From: a virus
Strand: one strand, 5' to 3'
Length of the DNA stretch: 64,000 nt
IMG/VR virus record: IMGVR_UViG_3300027754_000063
Location: 25,277 to 89,276 of that record
Positions within the stretch are counted from its first letter, which is position 1; every line of letters starts with the position of its first letter. The translations under genes were made by a program, and so were the position numbers. Positions 9,684-19,808 of the stretch are shown in pieces. Below the pieces are notes generated by a model that worked only from the letters and a program-made list of their open reading frames with translations, did no database searches and had not been told where the DNA came from.

Positions 9684-9890
9684 ATGGAATTCTATTGTTC
9701 GACAAGGAGGATTATGAAAAAAATAGTCAATATATTGATTTTAGTTAATTTGTTAAGTGCTGGTTATTTAATCTGTTCTATTTATGAAGAAAACTTTTTA
9801 AATAAGCAAGAAGATAATTCAAAAAATTATGGTATAGAAAGCAATTACTATAATTATCAAAAAAGCATTCTGCATTTTAGTTGCGAATAA
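9684..9890 (+). CDS. Small membrane protein
   Basis: AGGAGG RBS before ATG 9714 (MKKIVNILILVNLLSAGYLIC). Confidence 0.55.
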   Translation: MEFYCSTRRIMKKIVNILILVNLLSAGYLICSIYEENFLNKQEDNSKNYGIESNYYNYQKSILHFSCE

Positions 9891-9892
9891 TA

Positions 9893-10519
9893 TTAATTCA
9901 AAAAACCAGTAGAAAAAATATTTTTTTGTTGGCTTAAAAAGTAATTATACCTTTCGTAACAATCATCAGCTTCTTTCATAACGTTTAATGAAATACAATC
10001 TTTTTCTTTGTTAAAAGTTATTGGAGATAAAAGCTCTTTTTTAAAATTTATTTTCTCTTTTAAATCAAAAATGTCTTCAATTAAAGACATGCCTTTTTCC
10101 TTATATAAATCATCAAAAGTTAAAAGAATAGAATTTGGTGCTATTTTTGCAACCTCACATATTCTTCTAAGCCTATATTCATAATAACGAGCAGCAAATA
10201 TCTCGTTTATATTTTCTTTTATAACCATAAAATTTAAAACATCTTGTGGTCTTCTTATAATGTTTATCAAGAAAAACTTAGAATAATCTAGTTTTGTTGA
10301 AAGTTGATGGTTTTTTAGTATTTCATCAATATAAACTGCCGACTTATTTTTCTTTTTATGCAACTGCTTTGTAAGGCTAAGAAGATCTATATTGGTTAAA
10401 TAATTGTTTTCTGTCCTATATCTTTTATAACCTTGAATATTACCAATATCGCATAAGGATTCATACAAAGCAGAGCTGCCTGAATAGAAATGGCTGTTTA
10501 ATATGATTATTTTTTTCAT
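9893..10519 (-). CDS. Sulfotransferase-fold (P-loop) protein
   Basis: ILNSHFYSGSSAL resembles the 5'-PAPS loop; IIRRPQD resembles the 3'-PB motif; LLTFDDL; motifs partly degenerate. Confidence 0.6.
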   Translation of the reverse strand: MKKIIILNSHFYSGSSALYESLCDIGNIQGYKRYRTENNYLTNIDLLSLTKQLHKKKNKSAVYIDEILKNHQLSTKLDYSKFFLINIIRRPQDVLNFMVIKENINEIFAARYYEYRLRRICEVAKIAPNSILLTFDDLYKEKGMSLIEDIFDLKEKINFKKELLSPITFNKEKDCISLNVMKEADDCYERYNYFLSQQKNIFSTGFLN

Positions 10520-10603
10520 ATATGTCCGACAAAATTAAAGATTGACATACTATAATAGTAATAAAACAAAAAGTCTGTTTACTTTGTAGAAAAGAGAAGA
10601 ACA

Positions 10604-13138
10604 ATGCCCATATGGAGTGATTTTTTTAAACTGTTCACGTACGCCGGTGAGCAGGATCCTTTGTCAAAACAAAAGGATAACAATCAATTTCAAGGAGCTG
10701 GAATTGCACAACCGGATGCTATGGGCGTCGATTTCGCTGGAAGCGGTCCCAATTCGGGCACAGCCGGATTGCGTCAAACGAATGATATGATCGATACGAC
10801 CACTCTCACAAATCGGTCGATGAGATACAAAGAATACGAAAGACTAAGAAACGTACCAGAAATAGAAATGGCTATGACAGTGTTCTCTGATGAGGCATGT
10901 GTCGTTGGAGACACAAAAGTAGCTACTCCTTTTGGAATGATTAGTATAAAAGAACTAGCAGAGGAAAAAGGTAAAGAAAGATTCTTGGTTTATTGCTATG
11001 ATTTTGAAAGTAAAGACTACTCATTAGGATGGGCTTTTTCTCCAAGATTAGTAAAAGAAGAAAAAACACTAACACTTGTGCTAGACAATGGCACTACTTT
11101 AACATGCACCGAAGATCATAAAATATTGAAAAGAGATGGAACTTGGGCAGAAGCTGGCGAATTAAAACTATTTGAAGAGTTAATGCCCTTTTATAGAAAG
11201 CCAGCAAATTTTAGATTAACTAAAATAAGACAAAAACAATACCCAAGATTGTTTACTTTTTCTCATGGATGGATTCACGAAAGAAAATTTATAGACGATT
11301 GGAAATCAGGTAATAAAAAATCAGATTATAAAAGCGAAGTTGTAAGCAAAGCAATGAGAATGATCGGAGCAGGCATATCTGTTCGAAAAATAGTAGCAGA
11401 AATAAAAAAAGATTGGCTTACCATAGAAAGTTGGATAAAAGCACAAGGCTTTTCACACCAAGAAACAAAGAATTTATTCAAATTAGAAGATAGAAGAAAA
11501 ATTGTAGGAATACATCAAAATGAAGACCCGCAACCTGTTTATGATCTTTCTGTAGAAAATCACAAATGCTTTGCAACAGATAGCTTAATAATTCACAATT
11601 GCCAAAAAGATGAAACAGGAAATATCCTGAAAGTTGTTGCAAATAATGAAGAAGTTAAAAAAGAAATAGAATTTCTAATGCTTCATCGAAAAATGCTGAA
11701 CATAAACAGAAACGGATGGGGATGGTTTAAGAGCTTGTGTATATCAGGAGATTTATTTCTAGAAATAATTATCAATCCTGATAGCCCAAAAGATGGAATA
11801 TACAAAACTGTACCGCTACCGCCCGACACAATGTACAAAATAGAAACAGTTAAAGGAAAGGTAATAGAATACCAACAGTCAAAAGAAGGACCAGACTATC
11901 AGGCTATAGTAAGAGGATCAGCGGATGGATTCAATGACACAGAACTAAACAACACAACAGCAATACGATTTGCTACAAATCAAATCGTACATTTTAAAAT
12001 AGGAGATGATAGAAAAACATTTTATCCATACGGACAGTCTTTAGTAGAACCAGCAAGAGGTCCAGCACATAACCTCAGAATGCTAGAAGATGCTATGGTA
12101 ATTTATAGGCTCACCCGCGCCCCTGAGAGGCGTGTTTTTTACATAGATGTAGGGCAATTACCTCCATTCAAAGCAGAAGCTTTCCTAGAAAGAGTAAAAG
12201 ATCAATTCCGCAAAAGAAAAGTAACAAGCAATAGAGGAAATAGTGCAGGAGCTAATCAAGTAGACGAAAGATGGCAACCTCCTGCACAAGATGAAGATTA
12301 TTGGTTGCCAACGAGACCAAATAGCAACACTAGAATTGAAACTCTTCCAGGTGCTGAAAACTTAGGAGAAATTGACGATGCTATATATTTTAGAAATAAA
12401 TTACTTACTTCACTTAACTTTCCTAAAAATTATTTTAATAACGAAGATCCTACTGCAACAAGAATAACTTTGTCTTCGCAAGATGTAAAATTTGCACGAA
12501 TGATAGAAAGATTACAAAGCAATTTTGAAGACGGACTTTTAGCAATAGCTGAAACGCATTTACATCTAAGAGGTTTTCCTGAATCATCTTATCAAGATAT
12601 TAGAATAAAAATGACGCCACCATCCGATTGGAGAGAACTCTCTCGATCAGAAGTCATTACCGCTCGATACGGAAATGCAGCAAATCTAAAAAGCTCACTT
12701 CTTATGTCAGATTATGACATAATAAATAAAATACTAAAGTATGGGGAAAACGAAACAGAAGAAATGATTGCAAGATTAAAAATACAAAAACTTGAAGATC
12801 TTAAACTTCAAGTTATGGCTCAAAATCCACAGCTTCTAGGCGTGGGAATACCAGGACAAGAAGAATCTTCAACAGAACTAGGCACAGATCCAAGTGGACC
12901 GAATCCCATGATATCGCCAGAAGGACAACCAGAAGGACAACCCGAGGGACAACCCGAAGGACAACCTGATGAACAATCCGACGAACCACAAGGACCAGAA
13001 AAAGAGCAAACACCAGAACCAATTAATTTAGAAGAACCATCAAAAGACGATATAAAGAAATATGATCTAGAATTACAAGGATACGAAGCAGAACAAGACC
13101 TTGAAGATATAGATTATAGCGTCGGGGACAACGGATGA
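10604..13138 (+). CDS. gp20: Portal protein (T4 gp20-like) containing an intein
   Basis: LRMLEDAMVIYRLTRAPERRVFYIDVGQLP, EDYWLP and IETLPGAENLGEIDD are hallmark gp20 motifs; lies upstream of protease, scaffold and capsid genes. Confidence 0.96.
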   Translation: MPIWSDFFKLFTYAGEQDPLSKQKDNNQFQGAGIAQPDAMGVDFAGSGPNSGTAGLRQTNDMIDTTTLTNRSMRYKEYERLRNVPEIEMAMTVFSDEACVVGDTKVATPFGMISIKELAEEKGKERFLVYCYDFESKDYSLGWAFSPRLVKEEKTLTLVLDNGTTLTCTEDHKILKRDGTWAEAGELKLFEELMPFYRKPANFRLTKIRQKQYPRLFTFSHGWIHERKFIDDWKSGNKKSDYKSEVVSKAMRMIGAGISVRKIVAEIKKDWLTIESWIKAQGFSHQETKNLFKLEDRRKIVGIHQNEDPQPVYDLSVENHKCFATDSLIIHNCQKDETGNILKVVANNEEVKKEIEFLMLHRKMLNINRNGWGWFKSLCISGDLFLEIIINPDSPKDGIYKTVPLPPDTMYKIETVKGKVIEYQQSKEGPDYQAIVRGSADGFNDTELNNTTAIRFATNQIVHFKIGDDRKTFYPYGQSLVEPARGPAHNLRMLEDAMVIYRLTRAPERRVFYIDVGQLPPFKAEAFLERVKDQFRKRKVTSNRGNSAGANQVDERWQPPAQDEDYWLPTRPNSNTRIETLPGAENLGEIDDAIYFRNKLLTSLNFPKNYFNNEDPTATRITLSSQDVKFARMIERLQSNFEDGLLAIAETHLHLRGFPESSYQDIRIKMTPPSDWRELSRSEVITARYGNAANLKSSLLMSDYDIINKILKYGENETEEMIARLKIQKLEDLKLQVMAQNPQLLGVGIPGQEESSTELGTDPSGPNPMISPEGQPEGQPEGQPEGQPDEQSDEPQGPEKEQTPEPINLEEPSKDDIKKYDLELQGYEAEQDLEDIDYSVGDNG
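10898..11599 (+). mobile_element. Intein (234 aa) in the portal protein
   Basis: Block A CVVGDTKV, block B TCTEDHKIL, block F VYDLSV, block G IIHN followed by +1 Cys. Confidence 0.93.
12917..12964 (+). repeat. 12-nt tandem repeat x4 encoding PEGQ in the portal C-terminal tail
   Basis: ccagaaggacaa ccagaaggacaa cccgagggacaa cccgaaggacaa. Confidence 0.9.
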
Positions 13139-13380
13139 TAAAAATTTTTCCTAGAATAGCAATGAAAAATAGGAAAATGATAGAACAATCATCTTTAGTG
13201 GGATGCTATTCATGTTGCAAAATATTTGATTCAAAAGACGTAAAAGAATACACAGACCGTAATGAAACGGCATTATGCCCGCATTGCAACGTCGATTGCT
13301 TGGTCGGAAATCAATGCGGATTCGTTCTAGAAGAAAGTATATTAATAAAAGCACGCCAATACTGGTTTAATAATTGTTAA
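13135..13380 (+). CDS. Small zinc-ribbon protein
   Basis: GCYSC...ALCPHC..D motif; ATGA overlap with portal stop. Confidence 0.75.
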   Translation: MIKIFPRIAMKNRKMIEQSSLVGCYSCCKIFDSKDVKEYTDRNETALCPHCNVDCLVGNQCGFVLEESILIKARQYWFNNC

Positions 13381-13744
13381 CTGCTGGGTTGGCATTAGGA
13401 TCCTTAGAAACATCACCTAAACCTTGTGTAATCATTCCGCTAACACGCTTGCCACCACGAGTTACGCCAGTTCTTAAGTCTGATAGTGACTCAAAGTCAT
13501 GTTGCTTTAGTATTGCTTCAACTGTATCTCTTACCTCTGGAATACTATTGCTTTGAGCTTTAAGCCACGATATAGCAGCACCCGGCCTTTCGCCAAGTAT
13601 TAACTCAAAAGCCTCTATTGCAGCACTTAAAGCAGCTTGTGTTCTTGCATCTAATCCAATGCTTCCCGCTCCTCCAAGCATCTCTTTGCCCATGTTCATG
13701 GCACTTATTTCTTGTAGTTTTACGTAATCTATAAATTTTTTCAA
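13367..13744 (-). CDS. Hypothetical protein with capsid-targeting-like leader
   Basis: TTG start after AGGAG; MKKFIDYVKLQE. Confidence 0.7.
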   Translation of the reverse strand: MKKFIDYVKLQEISAMNMGKEMLGGAGSIGLDARTQAALSAAIEAFELILGERPGAAISWLKAQSNSIPEVRDTVEAILKQHDFESLSDLRTGVTRGGKRVSGMITQGLGDVSKDPNANPAVNNY

Positions 13745-13899
13745 TGTATTACTCTCCTAATTTTTAGCTTAGATGTATATCTATGTATTAGTCACTAATA
13801 AAAAATTATTATATAAAAAAATATTTTATTTGTTAAAAATTTGCATTGAATATATATATAACTCATTCGGATCAAACAATACAGGGAGTCAATTGACCT

Positions 13900-15744
13900 A
13901 TGAAAAGAAAACTAATTAGTTTCGATGTCTTCAAGAATCTTGAAGAACAGTCACTTACAAACGCTCAGAGAGAATTGGTTGAGGCTCAAGATGTTTTGGC
14001 CGAAGCACTAGGCGTAGAAAGCATCAAACTGTTTACCTTCGGAGAATCCGAAGTAACATATGAAGTACAAGATGGTACTTACATTCATGCAACATATACC
14101 ATAAAAGATAATAGCATCATATTAGAAAATATAGAGCAACTTGTTGTTGACGAAGAAGGCGAAAGAAAGAATACAAGAGAAATCATCTCGCAAATGGTGG
14201 AATCTATTATAAGCAATGATGAAAACAAAGCCAATCAAAAGTTTGAGCAGTACATAAATACACCCGCTGTTAAAAGAAGCCTAAACGAAGCAGCGTTCAA
14301 AGTTACAACATCAAGACCAACCGGTAAACGTTCTGAACTATGGCACAAGCGCCAGTCACGCTCAACGGTTGCTAAAAGAACCAGAGCTAGGAAAATGACA
14401 CTTTCCAGAATGTCACCTTCACAGAAGAAGCAACTCGCCAGAGCAAGAGCTATTGCGAAAAGAAAGTTGGGCGGCACGACAAACAGCAGAGCACGTGTTT
14501 ATGCAAGGAAAATCAAGAAAAGTCATATGAAAGAATGGAACACAATAATTGAAAATGTAACTAATTATATTAATTACAAACAATTCGGTTCTGTTATGAC
14601 TGAGTCCTTCGTAAAACATGATAAAAATGGAGAAATATCATCGCTATCAGTGCCAACAACCTCTAAAAGAAATGAAGGAAAGATTCTTTCTTTTAATTGG
14701 GACACAATGGATCACGAAGTAAAGTGCATGCGTAGCAAAATGAAGAATATAAAAGAAGATCAGAATTTTATCAAAGCTATGGCAGATCTAAAAAGATATA
14801 ACAACATATCAGACAACACTTCGCTAGAAAGTACATTGGAAGCTATTGTAACTCGTTGGCCTGAAATGATCTATATGACAGAGTCGGAACTAGCTACACA
14901 AATTTCAAAGGCACTAGAATCAGCAAATATTAAAAACTTTGATGATAAAACTTGCTTGTTTATGGCAGAAGCTGTGCTGCGAACTGCACACAATGCATAT
15001 GCAGACAGAGTTAAAAATATAAGCAAATTAGCCGGAGAAACAAAAGATGTAACAAGCGAATGCAAAGATTGCGAAGATGCTTATAATGACTTTAAAAATG
15101 TTGTAGAACAGTTTTATGTCAAATTAGACGAATCAGAAGAAAAAGAACTAAAGGTTTTTGAAGACCTGTTTAACGCTTTGAGAGAAGTACATGCTTTTGC
15201 TGTAGAAGCCGAAGACAAAGAAGAACTAGAAGAGATTGAAGGTCTTCTCGAAAGATGCGTTTCTGTACTTAAAAAAGAAAGCGAAATCGATCTTGAACTC
15301 GCAGAAGAAATGACAGACTATTTGGCATATTTCTCTGAGGCAAATGTCGATGGAGCATCACAGGATTGGGATGTCGAAGAGAAACCTCATCATTCCGTAT
15401 CAGGAAATCATCCTTATGTTGATAAACTTGCAAAATCAGATGCTGTAGCAAGTTTGTACAACGGTGACTGGAAAAGCCCAGCACCTGTGAGTGATGGAAA
15501 AAGTCACCATGGTAATCTTGATGATGAAATGAAAAATGATGGATGGAGCAATTGTGGAGGCGATGACACATGGCCAACACTAGATAATCCATATGTTCCT
15601 AAATCCGATACATATAAAATGAAAGAAAAGTCTGTTGTTGATGATGGTGATGAACTCGCTCAGAATCAATCAAATGACACATGGCCAAATTTGAGTAATC
15701 CTTATGCTAAAGTAGGAAAAAATACACCCAAAGACGTAGAGTAA
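13900..15744 (+). CDS. Probable prohead core protein
   Basis: Syntenic with T4 gp67/gp68 between portal and protease; Arg/Lys-rich segment, acidic helical region, many (L/M)xE sites. Confidence 0.6.
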   Translation: MKRKLISFDVFKNLEEQSLTNAQRELVEAQDVLAEALGVESIKLFTFGESEVTYEVQDGTYIHATYTIKDNSIILENIEQLVVDEEGERKNTREIISQMVESIISNDENKANQKFEQYINTPAVKRSLNEAAFKVTTSRPTGKRSELWHKRQSRSTVAKRTRARKMTLSRMSPSQKKQLARARAIAKRKLGGTTNSRARVYARKIKKSHMKEWNTIIENVTNYINYKQFGSVMTESFVKHDKNGEISSLSVPTTSKRNEGKILSFNWDTMDHEVKCMRSKMKNIKEDQNFIKAMADLKRYNNISDNTSLESTLEAIVTRWPEMIYMTESELATQISKALESANIKNFDDKTCLFMAEAVLRTAHNAYADRVKNISKLAGETKDVTSECKDCEDAYNDFKNVVEQFYVKLDESEEKELKVFEDLFNALREVHAFAVEAEDKEELEEIEGLLERCVSVLKKESEIDLELAEEMTDYLAYFSEANVDGASQDWDVEEKPHHSVSGNHPYVDKLAKSDAVASLYNGDWKSPAPVSDGKSHHGNLDDEMKNDGWSNCGGDDTWPTLDNPYVPKSDTYKMKEKSVVDDGDELAQNQSNDTWPNLSNPYAKVGKNTPKDVE

Positions 15745-15768
15745 TTTATAAAAAAAAGGAGTACGTTA

Positions 15769-16449
15769 ATGGAACAAAAACAAACACTTTTCGTAGATTG
15801 CTGCTGCAATTCTGGCTTTACTCTGGACTTAAATGAGTCCACTGAAAAAGGCACAACCGTTTTTAAAGGTAAATTCCAAGAAGCAGAGGCTGTTAATAAA
15901 AACAAAAGAATATACCCATATGCTGTATTAGATGAAAATGTTAAAAAACTAATACCAATAATCGAAGCAAGAGGACTTGTAGGTGAATTAGACCACCCAG
16001 CAGATAGTATTATTCATTTTGAAAAATGTTCCCACATAATTACTAAGCTATGGTGGGAAGGTAATAGCCTCATGGGACAAGGAGAGATACTGAACACACC
16101 ACACGGTAGAATATTAAAAGGATTGCTAAATGATGGCGTTAGAATAGGAATCAGTAGCCGTGGGGTAGGGAATGGGAAAAATGATGATAATGGTATTTTA
16201 ATAATTGGAGAAAGTTATAAACTCATCACGTTTGATGCTGTAGCTGATCCAAGTACATATTCTGCTTTTCAAGAAAAAGTAGTAGGGAAAAAAGAAAATT
16301 ATGAAGCACATGCAAACAAAGATCTTCAATTAACAAAAAAAGCAGAAAAAATTGACTCGAGCTGCATACATAAAGTTAACAAAGAAGCACTCATTGCTTG
16401 CTTGGGCGGAATAATAGAACAAAAAACAGAAACATTAAAGCGAGGTTAG
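15769..16449 (+). CDS. gp21: Prohead maturation protease (T4 gp21-like)
   Basis: NKNKRIYP, GELDHP, ILNTPHG, GISSRGVG, FDAVADPS. Confidence 0.95.
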   Translation: MEQKQTLFVDCCCNSGFTLDLNESTEKGTTVFKGKFQEAEAVNKNKRIYPYAVLDENVKKLIPIIEARGLVGELDHPADSIIHFEKCSHIITKLWWEGNSLMGQGEILNTPHGRILKGLLNDGVRIGISSRGVGNGKNDDNGILIIGESYKLITFDAVADPSTYSAFQEKVVGKKENYEAHANKDLQLTKKAEKIDSSCIHKVNKEALIACLGGIIEQKTETLKRG

Positions 16450-16455
16450 ACTAAT

Positions 16456-17355
16456 ATGGAAAAGATTGTAGAAGCATTAAGAAAACTTTTGCCAGAAAAT
16501 GAAATCAATGAGGTTTCATCCGCCGTTCAACAAATGTTGGAACAAGCAAAGCTTGATCTAGAAACAGAATTCAACGAGAAACTTGAAGAAGCGTATGGCG
16601 ACCTATCCAGCGAAGTAGCCGAAGCAGAAAAAATTGCAGAAGCTGGATATGAAGAAGCATATGCAATTATTGCAGATCTTAGAAACAGATTAGAAATTCA
16701 AGGCGAAGAATATAAAGCCGCATTAGAAGAAGGATACGAAGAAGCATACGAAATGCTCACCCAAGAAAAGGGAAAGAATCAAACACTCGAAGTAGAAATG
16801 TACGAAGAGTATGACAAAAAGCTTTCCGAAATGAAAGAATATATCGTAGACAAAGTCGACCAGTTCCTACAGTTTAAAGGTCAAGAGATTTATGAACAAG
16901 CTAAACTTGAGATCGTAAATGATCCTCGTATGGCAGAACATAAAGTCGCTCTTAACAAAATTGTAGACATAACTGCAAACTACCTGTCTGACGATGACTT
17001 TGCTGCTGTATCTTCAAATAAAGTTGAAGAAGCAAATAAGAAGATAGAAGAAATGAAAGGACAGCTTCGAATCATGGAAGCCCGCAACATCAGAGTTTCA
17101 ACAGAAAATACCAAGCTCAATGAAACCGTACGACACGCTCAAGAAGTAATCAACGAAAGCCGAAAAGCTGTCGTGGAAAGCAAAAAGGAAGCTGTCGTTA
17201 ACGAACAGAAAGAAAGAACTGAAAAAGCAAAGAATGTAACGGGGAGAGGAAGAACAAGTGATGGTGAAGTCGTATCGGAATACGCATCACCCAATAATAA
17301 TAATTCTGGTGCAGATCAATTATTGATCCTATCAGGATTGAAACAAGCTCAATAA
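16456..17355 (+). CDS. gp22: Prohead scaffolding protein (T4 gp22-like)
   Basis: Acidic coiled coil between protease and major capsid genes; IVDKVDQFL motif. Confidence 0.8.
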   Translation: MEKIVEALRKLLPENEINEVSSAVQQMLEQAKLDLETEFNEKLEEAYGDLSSEVAEAEKIAEAGYEEAYAIIADLRNRLEIQGEEYKAALEEGYEEAYEMLTQEKGKNQTLEVEMYEEYDKKLSEMKEYIVDKVDQFLQFKGQEIYEQAKLEIVNDPRMAEHKVALNKIVDITANYLSDDDFAAVSSNKVEEANKKIEEMKGQLRIMEARNIRVSTENTKLNETVRHAQEVINESRKAVVESKKEAVVNEQKERTEKAKNVTGRGRTSDGEVVSEYASPNNNNSGADQLLILSGLKQAQ

Positions 17356-17384
17356 ATTTAACTCATATAAATTATAAGGAAAAT

Positions 17385-18824
17385 ATGAACGCAAATTCGC
17401 AATTTCTCAATGAAGCAAAAGAGTTAGAATCTCGCTGGGCGCAGACAGGTCTCCTCGAAGGCATTACAGACAGGTTCACTCGATCTGCTACAGCGGTTCT
17501 ACTCGAAAATCAAAGGCTTATGAACGAAGCCAGCACCGACACAGGTGACGTTGCTCAGTTCAAACGAATCAGTATACCACTCGTTCGTCGTATCTATCCA
17601 CAGCTTATCGCTAACAAAATTGTTAGCGTTCAGCCACTACTCGGACCAACAGGTCTAGTGTATTATCTCCGATTCCGATATGGTAGCAATAAGGGTGCAA
17701 CTCGAGGTGCTGACAAGAACGGTTTCCCAACTGATGATGCAAACAGCTTGATGCAGTTGGCAGACGGTACTGCCAATTTAGATATTTTCTATAGCAGCCA
17801 GTTCGTTCAGAATGAAGTATCCAATACGGATACAGGCACCGGAACCACAGTTGTGTACACCGGAACTGAACACACTCCAATCCTAGCAGGAACCATCACT
17901 GGTACTGTTTATGATAATGCTACTGCAATTCAGACGTTTGTTGTATCAGCGGCTGGCGTTTTTACATTTACTGATATTGGTAGTCCAAATCCTAAAGCTC
18001 AATCTGCTGGATCAAGCGTTAACACAACAACGGGCGAACTAACAGTTGTGTGGACCGGTGTTGCAGGAGATAATCATCTTGTATTCAGCTATGAATACAA
18101 TATGGAATGTAATCAGGATCTACCAGAAATCAACCTAGTTATTGAGTCAGAAGAAATTGCTGCAAAAACACGCAAGCTAAAAGCTGTGTGGAGCTATGAA
18201 GCTCAGCAAGATCTACGCTCACAGCACAATCTTGATGCTGAAGCTGAGTTGACTGCTGTTCTAGCTCAGGAAATTAACCTTGAAATCGACCGTGAAGTTC
18301 TAACCGATCTTCGTAACAATGCTGGTACCGTATCAGCTTGGGATTTCAATACCGCTCTTGGTGATACCATCAAAGAGAAGTATGAATCACTATATGTTAA
18401 GGTTGTCGAAATCAGCAACGTAATTCATCGTAAGACATTACGTGGTGGTGCCAATTGGCTCGTAACAAGCCCAGAAGTTGCCTCAATATTTGAGACGGCA
18501 ACCGCCGGCTTCGCTCCAGCCCCAAGTGAGACGTTCACAAGCTCACTCGGTGTTCAGTATGTTGGTACTGTCAATAACAGATGGAGACTCTACAAGGATC
18601 CACTATTCCCAAGCAATCAGGTATTGATGGGATATAAGGGCGACAGCTACATGGACAGCGGATATTTCTACTGCCCATACGTGCCACTCACCCAGACTCC
18701 AGTGGTTCTTGACCCAGAATCCTTCTGCCCACGCAAGGGAATCTTGACTCGTTACGGAAAAAAATTATTAAGGGAAGGGGCAAAATTCTACGCCAGATTA
18801 TCTATCGCTAATTTTGTGATATAG
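17385..18824 (+). CDS. gp23: Major capsid protein (T4 gp23-like)
   Basis: AVLLENQ, IPLVRR, VQPLLGPTG, RKLKAVWS.EAQQDL, EINLEIDRE, GYFYCPYVPL, ILTRYG. Confidence 0.98.
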   Translation: MNANSQFLNEAKELESRWAQTGLLEGITDRFTRSATAVLLENQRLMNEASTDTGDVAQFKRISIPLVRRIYPQLIANKIVSVQPLLGPTGLVYYLRFRYGSNKGATRGADKNGFPTDDANSLMQLADGTANLDIFYSSQFVQNEVSNTDTGTGTTVVYTGTEHTPILAGTITGTVYDNATAIQTFVVSAAGVFTFTDIGSPNPKAQSAGSSVNTTTGELTVVWTGVAGDNHLVFSYEYNMECNQDLPEINLVIESEEIAAKTRKLKAVWSYEAQQDLRSQHNLDAEAELTAVLAQEINLEIDREVLTDLRNNAGTVSAWDFNTALGDTIKEKYESLYVKVVEISNVIHRKTLRGGANWLVTSPEVASIFETATAGFAPAPSETFTSSLGVQYVGTVNNRWRLYKDPLFPSNQVLMGYKGDSYMDSGYFYCPYVPLTQTPVVLDPESFCPRKGILTRYGKKLLREGAKFYARLSIANFVI

Positions 18825-18852
18825 GCATGAATATTTGTTCGCTATAAAAACT

Positions 18853-18884
18853 AAACCTCGACTGGAAACAGTCGAGGTTTTTTT
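18853..18884 (+). terminator. Rho-independent terminator after the capsid operon
   Basis: AAACCTCGACTG-GAAA-CAGTCGAGGTTT followed by a T run. Confidence 0.92.
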
Positions 18885-18937
18885 GTAGAATTTACTATAC
18901 TAAATTAAACGTAAAAACCAAAAAAAGGACAAATAAA

Positions 18938-19759
18938 ATGCCTAGTGGTGGATCCAATAAACTTTCTTATGAAGATGTCAAAATTATTTTTGAACAAAAT
19001 GGACTTAAGTTATTGGAAAAAGACTATGTAAACAATAATACTCCTCTTGAGTGCATTTGTGTTTGTGGAAATAAAGTTAAACTACGTCTGTCTCATGTGA
19101 AAAAAGGCGAAAAATGTCAAAAATATTGTATGCCTAAAATTCTTTCTGATAAATTTAAAACTAAAGATGAAGAAATTAAAAAAGTATGTGATGAAAATGG
19201 TTGCAAACTTATAAAATCATGGATTCATAAAAAAAGAACTCGAATAAAATATATTTGTAAATGTGGAAATGATTGGGAAGCTTATCTTTGTAACTTTAGA
19301 CGTTGTCCCAACTGTAAAAAGTGTGGAAATGCAAAAGTATCAGGAGAGAATTGTTATATGTACGATCCTGATAGAGATGCTGTTAAATTAAGAAAAAGAT
19401 TCCGTAAAATGTGTGGTCAATATATTAAACGGTTTATGGATGCCACAGGACAATGTAAAACACGTCATACGCACGAATTATTAGGTTACACGCCACAGCA
19501 GTTGCAAGCACACATATTAAATCATCCTGACTATGAAGCTCTTAAAAATGAAGAGTGGCACGTTGACCACATTACGCCTATTCAAGCATTTTTAGATCAT
19601 GATATATTAGACTTAAAGATAATTAATGCTTTAGATAATTTGAGACCAATGAAAGGATTTGAAAACTTATCAAAGGCAGACGAATATTCTAAGGAAGAAT
19701 TTAAGAACAAATATAAAATAGATTTATTTTTTCAAGATAAACCATCCCTACTCAATTAA
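18938..19759 (+). CDS. HNH homing endonuclease with repeated zinc-ribbon N-terminus
   Basis: Two CxCGN...CxxC units; LLGYT, WHVDHITP, NALDNLRPM..FENLSK. Confidence 0.88.
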   Translation: MPSGGSNKLSYEDVKIIFEQNGLKLLEKDYVNNNTPLECICVCGNKVKLRLSHVKKGEKCQKYCMPKILSDKFKTKDEEIKKVCDENGCKLIKSWIHKKRTRIKYICKCGNDWEAYLCNFRRCPNCKKCGNAKVSGENCYMYDPDRDAVKLRKRFRKMCGQYIKRFMDATGQCKTRHTHELLGYTPQQLQAHILNHPDYEALKNEEWHVDHITPIQAFLDHDILDLKIINALDNLRPMKGFENLSKADEYSKEEFKNKYKIDLFFQDKPSLLN

Positions 19760-19808
19760 ATCAAATCATTTATTTCTGCACCAACTCCTATTGATTCAAT
19801 CATAAGCT

